Source of the DNA: Squalus acanthias
Taxonomy: Eukaryota
DNA length: 64,000 bases
Assembly (NCBI GenBank): GCA_030390025.1
Contig: CM059432.1
Location: 60,142,001 to 60,206,000 of the forward strand
Reading direction: 5' to 3'
How positions within the stretch are numbered: the stretch's first letter is position 1; each line of letters opens with the position of its first letter. Below are positions 52,170-63,439 of the stretch, piece after piece. Position numbers and translations under genes: made by a program. The notes beneath the pieces were generated by a model. The model was given only the letters and a program-made list of their open reading frames with translations. It was not told the DNA's origin and did no database searches.

Positions 52170-55100
52170 TGAAGGTCAGAGCATGTGGAGTCAGGGACAA
52201 GTAGCAGAATGGATAACAAGCTGGCTACAAAACAGAAAAGAGAGAGTAGGGATTAAAGCTAGTTACTCAGACTGGCAAAAGGTGGGAAGTGGTGTTCCAT
52301 AATGATCGGTGCTGGGACCACTGTTGTTCATCATTTACACAAACGATTTGGACTCGGAAATCGAAAGTACAATTTCAAAATTTGTGGAAGGCACCAAATT
52401 GTGGGGTGTAGTTAATACAGAGGAGGACCAGGACAAAACTTGCAGAATGGGCGTGTAATTGGGAAAATAACTTCAATATAGATAAGTGTGAGGTGGTACA
52501 TTTTGGTAGGAAGAATAATTAATGGAAAATAAGGGGGCTAAATTGGATAGCCCTCGAAAATGGGCGCGGGGATTGCGATGCGTGATTACCCTTCATGCTG
52601 CCTGTTCATTATAATGTTTGCTGTATGCAGCCAGCGTTAACCACTGTGTTCACTGGCTGCACACATCAGCAGGGGACCCAATATCATTACTTGCTAGCAC
52701 TACTTAAAGTTAGCCTGCACCTCTTAAAGGGAAAGGGCATTGTGGCTGCTGGAGGTGCTGAGGTCATTGGGAATAGTGCTGAGCAACAATCAACAATGGC
52801 TGACCATGAGAGAGAGCGGGCTCTAAGGTTTTTTGACGCTGCACTGGTGGTCTTGGTGGAGGAAGTGGAAAGGAAGAGAGATGTCCTGTATCCGCAGGGG
52901 GGCAGGAGGCCCTCCAGACACATGTAAAGGCAGTGGGAACAGATAGCTGCGGGCGTCAACGCCAGGAGTTTAGCTTCAAGTACCTGGATGCAGTTCCGCA
53001 AAAAGTTTAATGACCTCACACAAGTGATCAAGGCCAGTGAATGTTTCTTTGAATGTCGTATCCTGCCAACTGCACCACTAGCCTTACACACTGCTCAATT
53101 CACCACACCCCCATCACTCACCTACCATCAATCTCTATCAATCAGGACTCATTCATATGCTTCATGTCACCCTCACACACTTAGCACTGTTGCAAGCCTC
53201 ACACCCACATCTCACAGTTTCCATACAGAGCCAGCTATTCAACCATGACAGCCACATCACCCAAACAGATTGCAAAACACTCACTGACACACTTCCCTCT
53301 CTCTTGCAGAAGAAGGTGGCGCACAACTGGAGGCAGCAGGAACTAATCGAAGGGGGAGAGGTGTGCCTGCATGTTCTAATCCCCATGGAGGAGCTTGGAA
53401 GCCATCCTTTCCAGCATGGAACTGGTGGCCAACTCCATCAACACACTTGTGGAACCAACCATGATGCGGCGTATGATGGTCGATGTCTCAGCTTCCATTG
53501 CAGCACAAGCTGCTACCACCAAAAGTCTGAGTGCTGCAGTGGAAGCTCTGCTGCCATGCAAACTCAGCCTGCTGCCAAGCAAGCTCAGACTGCTGCATTT
53601 ATGGCTGTGGATACCGGTGTTCAAAGGGGCTTCCAGGGTCTCACAGCAGTCCAGCAATCTGTCCTCCAACAAATTACTAGAATTGCTGAGGCGCCGCCCT
53701 GGGGGAGTGGCAGTGCCTCCTCTCTCAGGATGACAGCATTTGTGATCCCATCCCTGCCACTCCGCCTTGCAAGGTCAGTGACAGAGGAAAAGTAAAGAGT
53801 GTGGGACTGTTGGTGAATAGGGAATTAGGGTTGGGGTTACTGGTATTTCACTTGACTTAGTTCTTCACGTACTGCCTGGGCAGCAAGGGTCTGTCTAGGT
53901 TGCAGCCACCCTTCCTCTTCCGCCTACTCCACTTCCTCGTTCTCCTCCCCCCCACCCCCCTCTCCAGCAGCTTGTCCTGCTCCCCATAGCCTCTGCTCAT
54001 TCTCCCACGATTCCAAAAGGAAACTACTGGTGCTCCCATGTCTGGGAGCAACTGGTTTGTGCAGAAGCCTTGAAGTCAGCAAAAACTACTTCAGCAACTG
54101 CCACACCACTCCCTGTAGATTTTTGAAACTTGAAACAACTATGGAAAGCACCAAAAACATATAGAATTGTAGCCACAGCCAGAAGAAATAAACCAGCAAC
54201 TATCCTGTAAGAAGTTGATGATCCCTTTAAATAGCACTGGTGGGGGTGTCCTTCATGCTGCTTAATGCATGTTCAGCTGTGCAAAGTTAAGAGACGGCGT
54301 CGCTGGAGCATGGAGCTCCAAAATGTCTGTGCTGGTGTCAAATAAGTGTTGCACCCTGATTGACGTCATGATCTGCCTGCTCTGCATACTTCTGGCGGGC
54401 ATTAACTGCGCGCGCTAACCCCTTTACCAAGATGGTGTCTGGCGTGCTTCACATCAGGAGTGTGCCTGCACACTGTGGACGCCATTTTGGGACCTTGAGG
54501 GGCCTCATAGCGCCCAAAGAATGGGTGCTACTGAGCCTAATTTCGCCCCCTAAGAGTCTAAATGGGGTAGAGGGACAGAGGAATCTGGGGTACAGATACA
54601 CAAATCACTAAAAGTAGCGACGCAGGTTAATAAGGCCATAAAAAAGCACTGGGGTTAATTTCTAGAGGGACAGAATTGAAAAGCAGGGAAATTATGTTAA
54701 ATTTGTCTAGAACCTTGGTTAGACCACAATTGGAGAATTGGAGTACTAGGAACAGTTCTGGTCTCCATATTATGAAAAGAATATAGAGGCACCTGGAGAA
54801 GGTACAAAAAAATTAACTAGAATGATACCAGAACTGAGATGTTATACCTATCAGGAAAGATTGAACAGGCTGGGGCTCTTGACTGAGGGGTGATCTGATA
54901 AAGGTTTTTAAGATTATGAAAGGGTTTTTGATAGGGTAGATGTAGAGAAGATATTTCCACTTGCAGGCTAGGCCAGAACTAGGGGCCATAAATATATGAT
55001 AGTCACTAATAAATCCAATAGGTAATTCAGGAGAAAATTGTTTTACCCAGAGAGTGGTTAGAATGTGGAACTCGTGAGTAGTTGAGACGAATACATAGAT

Positions 55101-55240
55101 GCTTTTAAGGGGAAGCTAGATAATCACATGAGGAAGAAAGGAATAGAAGGATATGTTGATGGGGTTAGATGAATAAGGGTGGGAGGAGGCTCTTGTGGAG
55201 CATAAACACTGGAATGGATCTGTTTCTGTGCTGTAAATGA
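52170..55240 (+). mobile_element. Decayed CR1 LINE split by Harbinger E
   Basis: Reads WITSWLQNRKERVGI...VGSGVP. The sequence ggaaaataa|gagtctaaatgggg is rejoined across the insertion. Confidence 0.85.
52533..54550. mobile_element. Internally deleted Harbinger copy E with a TAA target-site duplication
   Basis: TIRs gggggctaaatt / aatttcgccccc, with TAA at 52530-52532 and 54551-54553. Myb exon MADHERERALRFFDAALVVLVEEV...WMQFRKKFNDLTQVIK; the transposase core is deleted. Confidence 0.9.
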
Positions 55241-55734
55241 ACAGAAAGGGTTTGCACTCAGTTACTGTTCAGGTCATATCTGACCACAGAAACATCATTG
55301 TACAAGGCAATGGCCATTATCCACATAATGTGGGTACTATGAAGTGCTGCACAGTGAATACCTTCATCGTTGGCTGCCACCTCCACGTTCAATAAAAGTG
55401 TGCCTTGCAGCAATGTGTACAATGCTTGAAATGGTACCTGATACCGGCAAACTTGGTCCTTATTTGCAGCCAACTATGAGGGACTGGCTGAGTGCACTAA
55501 CTCAGTCAGTGACCTCCTTCCATGCAGTTTCCACCTGTATTTTTACTGAAGGGGAGCCTTCACCTTAAATAGGGCCACCTTCCAGCAGCAGTAAAAGTAG
55601 CCGTATTACCCATATGTCTCTGGTGTATCATTGTGAAGAATTAGTCAATTTCTTTGTCAACACCACAATTTCCCCATTAATGACGAGCTGCACCCTTGTC
55701 AAATTTTGCGCTCTCTAGCCAAGTGTTCTATAAG

Positions 55735-55850
55735 AAAGAAAGACTTGCATTTATATAGCGCCTTTCATGACCACCGGACGTCTCAAAGCGCTTTTACAGT
55801 CAATGAAGTACTTTTGAAGTGTAGTCACTGTTGCAATGTTGTAATGTAGG
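55735..55850 (-). mobile_element. DeuSINE 3' end fragment
   Basis: Reverse complement of ~29745-29847. Confidence 0.75.
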
Positions 55851-57657
55851 CCAAACACGTTGAGCAAGCGCCATAAGCCAGGAGCCTATTAAAATGAGGG
55901 GGAAGGACTCTTGTTGGAAAAGTTACTGAGGCCTGCCATGTGAGCTGGCTGGCTTAACCCCATTTTTATTGGAAATTCAGGTCTGTAGGCACTTGATAAT
56001 GAAGGCTGTACTTCAATGATATGAACAGTTACAGTAAGAAATACTGCTTTATGTGTACTAATCGCTAAGAAGATACCAGATTTTGCTAAGCAAGGTAAAA
56101 CACAAATTAATTTAAAATAGGGTTTGATCAGTCAATGTTAAAATTGCTAATTTGTTTACAAAATACATGCAGCTCTTATTAATGAAAGAATCTTTTTTGC
56201 CCCAACAAAATTTCACTTCATCAAAAACCAAATAAATAAGCCTTGATAGAGACTGACAGTTTGATAAAACAAAAAAAGCAGAAAATTTCAGTTGTTACAG
56301 TAAACAACTCTATTTGAAACTGTTGGGATCTTGTTGACTCAAAATGCCATTTCGAGACTCTCAATATAAACAATTGTGCTGTATTATCAAAAGTAGTAGT
56401 ACTACCCATATGTACCATTGTGAAGAATTAGTCAACTTTTTTGTCAACACAACAATTTCACTATTACTATTATATACTATCTATTCTTCTGTGTCCTTAA
56501 CCTGAAATCTACATAATTTTCCAAAATTTATAAAAAGACTTTCTATAAACACACATAATAAGCACATTTGAGAGATTAGATCAGTATAGAGGCAGAGATT
56601 AATCATTTTGATCTGTGAGATACGTTGTATTTGTCCTTACAGGTTGTTTATAGATAATCTGGGGTCCAGAATGAGGCTTCTGGACAATTGCCTCTCAATG
56701 ACCTCCTGTCACTGCTGCTCCAGTGAGAGGCCTGATGTTCACCCTCTGCTGTTCCCAAGTGCTGTGTTAAAAGTCCCACATGTAACTGTCATGGCAGTTT
56801 TTTTCCCTCTGGTTCTACAGAGGAAGTTTACAGCCAGCAAGCTATACAACTTTTTAATATTCTGAACAGTGGAAGAAAGAAAAGCAGCATGTGGGTACTA
56901 ATTATAACAACAAAATTACATGTGTTGGAGATTAAAATTGAGAAATAGTTTAAAAAAATCCTATTTACATGAAGGAATCACTTACATTGATTTCATTTTA
57001 TTAGTTCTGTAGTTAAAAACTTGGAATTAAAAAACCTGCAAATGTAGCTGACAGGCAATATCTGCAGAATGTTAACAAATCTGTAATACATCATATAAAA
57101 TAGCCTTGGATAGTTCTAATCTCATGTATACATCTATATTTTTATTCTTTTCTGTACAAGTAAATAGGTAAGGTAGTTTATGTTATGTCCTGAGATTGTG
57201 CTGTGGAGCTTTTTTCAGTCTTTGGTATGTTGAGCTAATAATACCTAATGTAAAACCAAGAGTGAAAGTCATGGAGGAGGTGCTGTAATGGCCTTTTAGC
57301 TCAGCTTAGAAGCAAGACAATTGTGATGTGAAGTTGTGAGATAAAGAAGGGAGACATCTGGAAGATTGAACTCAACTGACTGTACTGTTCATATCTTATG
57401 CAGCAAAGCATCCTTTGTAATTTCAGTGTTGGCCATGAGTATGTCACTTTTAATTTTTAATAAACTTTGACTCCATGTCCAATAATTCATCCTTGGCTTA
57501 CAGGCAATATAGTATTACAAAATTTACATTCCTAATGCAGGTTGAAATTATGCTGTGTGATATTATTAATGAACTCATGAAATTTCATTGCTCTCTACTT
57601 TAACAAAAATGAGAAGTCGCACAACACCAGGTTATAGTCCAACAGATGTATTTAATT

Positions 57658-57696
57658 TTACAAGCTTTCGAAGCAGTTCGCTCCTTCGTCAGGTAA
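57658..57696 (-). ncRNA. Second copy of the minimal hammerhead motif (left arm)
   Basis: Exact reverse complement of 60463-60501. Confidence 0.75.
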
Positions 57697-57915
57697 GTTA
57701 GCAATGAGAGAATCTCCCAGAATTCACAATTTAAACCCAGACAAAATCTATTCACATTATTCCCTACAACAAAGAGCACAGCCAAGACAATGAGATGTGT
57801 CCCAGGGGGTCCAACGTGTCAAACCACCTGCTGGCTGCATATCCTGTCAATTTGTGTTCTTGTGTTAGTCTTTTTAAAAAAAAAAACACCTGGGAAGACC
57901 GGCCATGATGTCAAG

Positions 57916-59061
57916 TCACGTTCTGTATCGTGACATGAACCCGATATCGCGATTGAGGCCATCCTCATGAGTGCGGAACTTGGCTATCAGTTTCTGCTCT
58001 ATGATTTTGCGCTGTCGTGTATCTCGAAGGCCGCCTTGGAGAACGCTTACCCGCAGATCCGAGGCTGAATGCCCCTGGCTGCTGAAGTGTTCCCCGACTG
58101 GGAGGCAACCCTCCTGCCTGGCGATTGTTGCGCGGTGTCCGTTCATACGTTGTCTCAGTGTCTGCATGGTCTCGCCGATGTACCATGCTCTGGAGCATCC
58201 TTTACTGCAACGTATCAGGTAGACAACGTTGGCCGAGTCACATGAGTATGTACCGTGTACCTGGTGGGTAGTGTCCTCACGTGTAATGATGGTATCTGTG
58301 TCCATGATTTGGCATGTCTTGCAGAGGTTGCCGTGGCAGGGTTGTGTGGTGTCTTGGTTGCTGTTCTCCTGAAAGATGGGTAATCTGCTGCGAACGATGG
58401 TACTTTTGAGGTTAGGCGGCTGCTTGAAGGCGAGTAGTGGAGGTGTGGGGATGGCCTTAGCAAGGTGTTCGTCGTCATCGATGACATGTTGAAGGCTGCG
58501 AAGAACATGGCGTAGTTTTTCCGCTCCGGGGAAGTACTGGACGACGTAGGGTACTCTGTTGGTTGTGTCCCGTGTTCGTCTTCTGAGGAGGTCTATGTGG
58601 TTTTTCGCTGTGGCCCGTCGGAACTGTCGATCGATGAGTCGAGCGTCATATCCCGTTCTTATGAGGGCGTCTTTCAGTGTCCGTAGGTGTCCATCGCGTT
58701 CCTCCTCGTCTGAGCAGATCCTGTGTATTCGCAGGGCTTGTCCATAGGGGATGGCTTCTTTAACGTGGTTAGGGTGGAAGCTGGAGAAGTGGAGCATCGT
58801 GAGGTTGTCCGTGGGCTTGCGGTAGAATGAAGTGCTGAGGCGTCCGTCTTTGATGGAGATTCGTGTGTCCAAGAATGAAACCGATTCTGAGGAGTAGTCC
58901 ATGGTGAGTTTGATGGTGGGATGGAACCTGTTGATGCTATCGTGTAGTCCTTTCAGTGATCCTTCGCCGTGGGTCCAAAGGAAGAAGATGTCGTCGATGT
59001 ATCTGGTGTACAGCGTTGGTTGGAGGTCCTGTGCAGCGAAGAAGTCTTGCTCGAACTTGTG
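57916..59061 (-). pseudogene. Penelope-like RT C-terminal half plus GIY-YIG endonuclease, open but 5'-truncated
   Basis: RT motifs RYIDDIF, VSFLD and YRKPT; endonuclease motifs CKTC, VVYLIRC...WYIGET, RMNGHR, VGEHF, EQKLI and GLN. Confidence 0.92.
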
Positions 59062-60243
59062 GGACCAAATTCGCACCCCAATACGCCAACATCTTCATGC
59101 ACAAGTTCGAGCAAGACTTCTTCGCTGCACAGGACCTCCAACCAACGCTGTACACCAGATACATCGACGACATCTTCTTCCTTTGGACCCACGGCGAAGG
59201 ATCACTGAAAGGACTACACGATAGCATCAACAGGTTCCATCCCACCATCAAACTCACCATGGACTACTCCTCAGAATCGGTTTCATTCTTGGACACACGA
59301 ATCTCCATCAAAGACGGACGCCTCAGCACTTCATTCTACCGCAAGCCCACGGACAACCTCACGATGCTCCACTTCTCCAGCTTCCACCCTAACCACGTTA
59401 AAGAAGCCATCCCCTATGGACAAGCCCTGCGAATACACAGGATCTGCTCAGACGAGGAGGAACGCGATGGACACCTACGGACACTGAAAGACGCCCTCAT
59501 AAGAACGGGATATGACGCTCGACGTCGATCGACAGTTCCGACGGGCCACAGTGAAAAACCGCATAGACCTCCTCAGAAGACGAACACAGGACACAACCAA
59601 CAGAGTACCCTACGTCGTCCAGTACTTCCCCGGAGCGGAAAAACTACGCCATGTTCTTCGCAGCCTTCAACATGTCATCGATGACGACGAACACCTTGCT
59701 AAGGCCATCCCCACGCCTCCACTACTCGCCTTCAAGCAGCCGCCTAACCTCAAAAGTACCATCGTTCGCAGCAGATTACCCATCTTTCAGGAGAACAGCA
59801 ACCAAGACACCACACAACCCTGCCACGGCAACCTCTGCAAGACATGCCAAATCATGGACACAGATACCATCATTACACGTGAGGACACTACCCACCAGGT
59901 ACACGGTACATACTCATGTGACTCGGCCAACGTTGTCTACCTGATACGTTGCAGTAAAGGATGCTCCAGAGCATGGTACATCGGCGAGACCATGCAGACA
60001 CTGAGACAACGTATGAATGGACACCGCGCAACAATCGCCAGGCAGGAGGGTTGCCTCCCAGTCGGGGAACACTTCAGCAGCCAGGGGCATTCAGCCTCGG
60101 ATCTGCGGGTAAGCGTTCTCCAAGGCGGCCTTCGAGATACACGACAGCGCAAAATCATAGAGCAGAAACTGATAGCCAAGTTCCGCACTCATGAGGATGG
60201 CCTCAATTGCGATATCGGGTTCATGTCACGATACAGAACGTGA
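59062..60243 (+). pseudogene. Penelope-like RT C-terminal half plus GIY-YIG endonuclease, 5'-truncated, with one frameshift
   Basis: Begins at GTKFAPQYANIFM. A tca-to-g change near 59524 shifts the frame; otherwise it matches the left arm. Confidence 0.92.
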
Positions 60244-60462
60244 CTTGACATCATGGCCGGTCTTCCCAGGTGTTTTTTTTTTTAAAAAGACTAACACAAG
60301 AACACAAATTGACAGGATATGCAGCCAGCAGGTGGTTTGACACGTTGGACCCCCTGGGACACATCTCATTGTCTTGGCTGTGCTCTTTGTTGTAGGGAAT
60401 AATGTGAATAGATTTTGTCTGGGTTTAAATTGTGAATTCTGGAAGATTCTCTCATTGCTAAC

Positions 60463-60501
60463 TTACCTGACGAAGGAGCGAACTGCTTCGAAAGCTTGTA
60501 A
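60463..60501 (+). ncRNA. Minimal type I hammerhead ribozyme motif in the Penelope 3' repeat
   Basis: Reads UUAC-CUGACGA-A-GGAGC-gaacu-GCUUC-GAAA-GC-UU-GUAA. It has the CUGANGA and GAAA cores, stem II GGAGC/GCUUC, stem I UUAC/GUAA and a palindromic AGCU stem III. Confidence 0.75.
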
Positions 60502-61290
60502 AATTAAATAAATCTGTTGGACTATAACCTGGTGTTGTGCGACTTCTCATTTTTGTCCACCGCAGTCCAACGCCGGCATCTCCACATCATGTACTTTAAC
60601 AAAGGCATTGGGGCCTATTTAACATTTTGAGCAAAATGGGCTGTTGGTGGGTAAAGTATGTTAGCCATCCACCCATTGTTGCTCCCATGAGGCCCTAGCC
60701 ATTTTGAAGCCCGAGACTTATTTGCATGGATCTGGTGTGCTGCCCATGCTGAACTGACACACACCGATTGGGGATGATGGTGAATTGGCCAGTTCCTATG
60801 TGGCGTGGCATAACAGTACGGGCCTGGATGGGACTGTGCACATGCCGCCAGCGGGCTGGAGTATTTTGTGGGACCAAGAGGACCAAGCTGGAGATTATAG
60901 AGGATAGATGACAGGAGACCAACGAGGAGAGCATTGGCGTAGTTGAGTCGGAAGATGAAGATGAGGTGGGCAATGTTAGAGGTGGAATTATTTGGTCATT
61001 GTGATGGAGAAGATATGGGCCTCGATTTTAATGGAGCAGGCGGGTTGGAGTCGGGTTGCATGGTGACGGGTTTCGGACCAGCTGCCGGTTTCTGCCGGTT
61101 TCAGCCGCTCCCAGTGTCTCATTTTGATTTAATTGGACCAATTAGTCCCGTTGTGCACGCTGCCTGCTGCAATGAGTTGGAGCGGGTCTGTTGGTCTGCA
61201 CTGATGAGGTCTTTGCTGCTCTTGTTTTTAAGGGCTCCATGTAGCCTCAGCCTCCATTTCTCGTTGCTGCTGGTAAGGGCCAGGATCACC

Positions 61291-63164
61291 ATGAGTGCTG
61301 CCACAGGCAAGAAGGCTGCTCCTAGATTCAATGATGACTCCCTGCAAGCTCTTGTAGAGGGAGTAAGAGAGCGCAGGGAGATTCTGTTCTGTGCCAATGG
61401 CTGCAGGAAGCCTCCTCAACAGACGAAGGCAGCCTGGCTGGAGATAGCTGAGGAGGTCAGCACAAGGTCGCTGTGTGGACGCACCTGGCTCCAGTGCCGC
61501 AAATGCTTCAATGGTCTTGTTCGAACATCAAAAGTGAGTATCACATCACATTTACCTTCACTCTGCTTCCCTTCTCTTCTCATCACCAGCACTCTGCATT
61601 GTCAGCCTGCTCCTCTACATCCCACCTTACCCTTACTTCCCTTGCACCCTTACCTTTCTATCTCTCTCTCTGTACTGAATCACTTCACCATCCTGCTATG
61701 CAGCCCTCACACTCGCTCTCACTGTTATGCAATGACAACAACTAACAACGCATAGGGAGGCTCCTTCCTCTTGCCACCTCACTCCATCTTGGCCTCCCTC
61801 TAAGATTCTACCTTATACATTCTTCACACTCACTTGTGTCCCTCCTTGCAGGAAAAGATAGCCCACAATAAGAGGGAGAGAGCCAAGACAGGAGGAGGCA
61901 CACCATCACTCAACACATTAACTCATGCTGAGGAGGCTGCTCGCGACATCATGGGAGGTGGCGAGGAGCTGGAAGTGGGGGACTGAGAGACAGGCGCACT
62001 AGAGGAAGCTGGTGACAGAATGCATTTTCATCCCTTGCATTTACAATTCATGATTGACTGCAATAGCATATGTTGCTCATAGAGATTGACTTCTGATCAT
62101 CTTCACAATAGGATGTGTCTGCTACCTCCAGACCTGATGTCTAACTCATGCCTTTACTCTCCCACAGGACCATCGAGAGCCTCCCTCCCCACTGTCCAGG
62201 AGGAAGAGCCAGATGAATCCTCAGAGGAACCTGGAGCCTCTGAGGGAGCAGTGTCACCAGGACTCAGCGCACCCAGCACCAGCACAGATACGCACACCTC
62301 GGGGGGGTCCTTCGCGACATACAGTAGTGTTGTCACCTGGTGTATCACAGATCACAAGTGAGCATCAGCAGATACTGGAGACAGCGACAGCAGTGGACAG
62401 TCCTCGTCGGAGGTCGCAGGACTCTCCTAGCTCAGCTCATCTGCATGTAGATGCTGTCCCTCTGGGGCCATCCAGAAAGAGAGCGGTGCTGGAACTCCAG
62501 GAACAAGTGCAGGAGTCTCTGACAGGGTTTGCATCCAGGGTAACTCCGAGTGTGGAGAGAATGGAGGAGTCCATCTCTAACATGAGCACTGCCTTTGTGG
62601 AGGCAATGACGCATGAACGTGCCACTATGGAGAGGACATAAGTCGCCACACTCAACAGAGCATGGTGACTCTTCTAAATAGATGGTCTGCTATGGAGGAT
62701 AGATGGGCATCTATTGAGGAGAGACACCAGAGGTACATGGACGTCCCCGTTATGAGGACTGTCAGTACTGAGATGGGTCCTCATGGCTCCACTGAGGTGC
62801 AGCAGGTTGCTCTCCAGCCACTTGCTAGCAGTGAAGTGCAGGTGACCCATGAGAGGGATGTTGGTGGCAGACAACAAAGAAGTGTGGGCTCCTCTCCAAG
62901 CGCTCACACGACCATGCCACTGCAGAGCCCTTGGTCAGAGCCCCAGGTTTCTCACCCACTGAGATGGCCGTATCAGCCCCTACAAAGCCGCAGGAAGAGC
63001 AGACTGTGGAGGAGCCCTCACAGGCTCCCAAACCCAGAGGACGCCCATCAAAGCTGTCTAAGCAGGCGCAGCACCAAAGTGAGCAAGGTGCCTCTACACC
63101 TGCTGAAGCCACAGGGGAAGCACCACGTAGGAGCACGCATAAGAAGAAGTTAAAGCACAAATAG
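61291..63164 (+). pseudogene. Myb/SANT-like gene of copy F: exons 61291-61533, 61852-62011 and 62168-63164
   Basis: Exon 1 MSAATGKKAAPRFNDDSLQALVEGV...AWLEIAEEV...WLQCRKCFNGLVRTSK|gtgagt; exon 2 cag|EKIAHNKRERAKTGGG with one stop; exon 3 is phase-compatible but frameshifted and ends KKKLKHK*. Confidence 0.85.
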
Positions 63165-63439
63165 TCGCAAGGGTAGCCACTTGGGTGTTTTATAGCATTG
63201 TTAAATATCGAGTTTGTGATGCAATTAAACAAACGTGATGGCAAAGAGTTGAGGTTCTGGCCTATGTGTTCCGGGAAATGGAAGTTCAAGAGTGAGGGCT
63301 CAGGGCTAATTCCATTTATAATGATGGTGCGAGAGTGAGATGAAACCACCGTTTATTGGACAGATCATGCATGACGTTTTGAGAACGTCGGCCTTATATT
63401 CATCTCCATCTGCCAGCCACTTGTGTTTGAAGCGTAAGT

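Larger units (their letters stand above)
57603..60591. mobile_element. Penelope-like retroelement insertion made of two inverted, 5'-truncated copies
   Basis: Arms 57603-59061 (-) and 59100-60556 (+) are near-perfect reverse complements. A 12-bp direct repeat TACTTTAACAAA lies at 57596-57607 and 60592-60603. Confidence 0.95.

Noticed and set aside
58901..59260. Near-identical ORFs on both strands
   Set aside because: This follows directly from the palindrome centre; they are antisense or alternate frames of the RT.
57916..60243. RT plus nuclease next to a structured RNA as a novel retron-like or defence system
   Set aside because: RT + GIY-YIG + hammerhead is the known architecture of Penelope-like elements, and both copies lack the N-terminal half of the RT.
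60943..61755. 270-aa ORF as a host MSANTD/NAIF1-like gene
   Set aside because: Only 61291-61533 is Myb-like. The rest is read-through of flank and intron, downstream exons are disrupted, and a transposase lies convergent to it.
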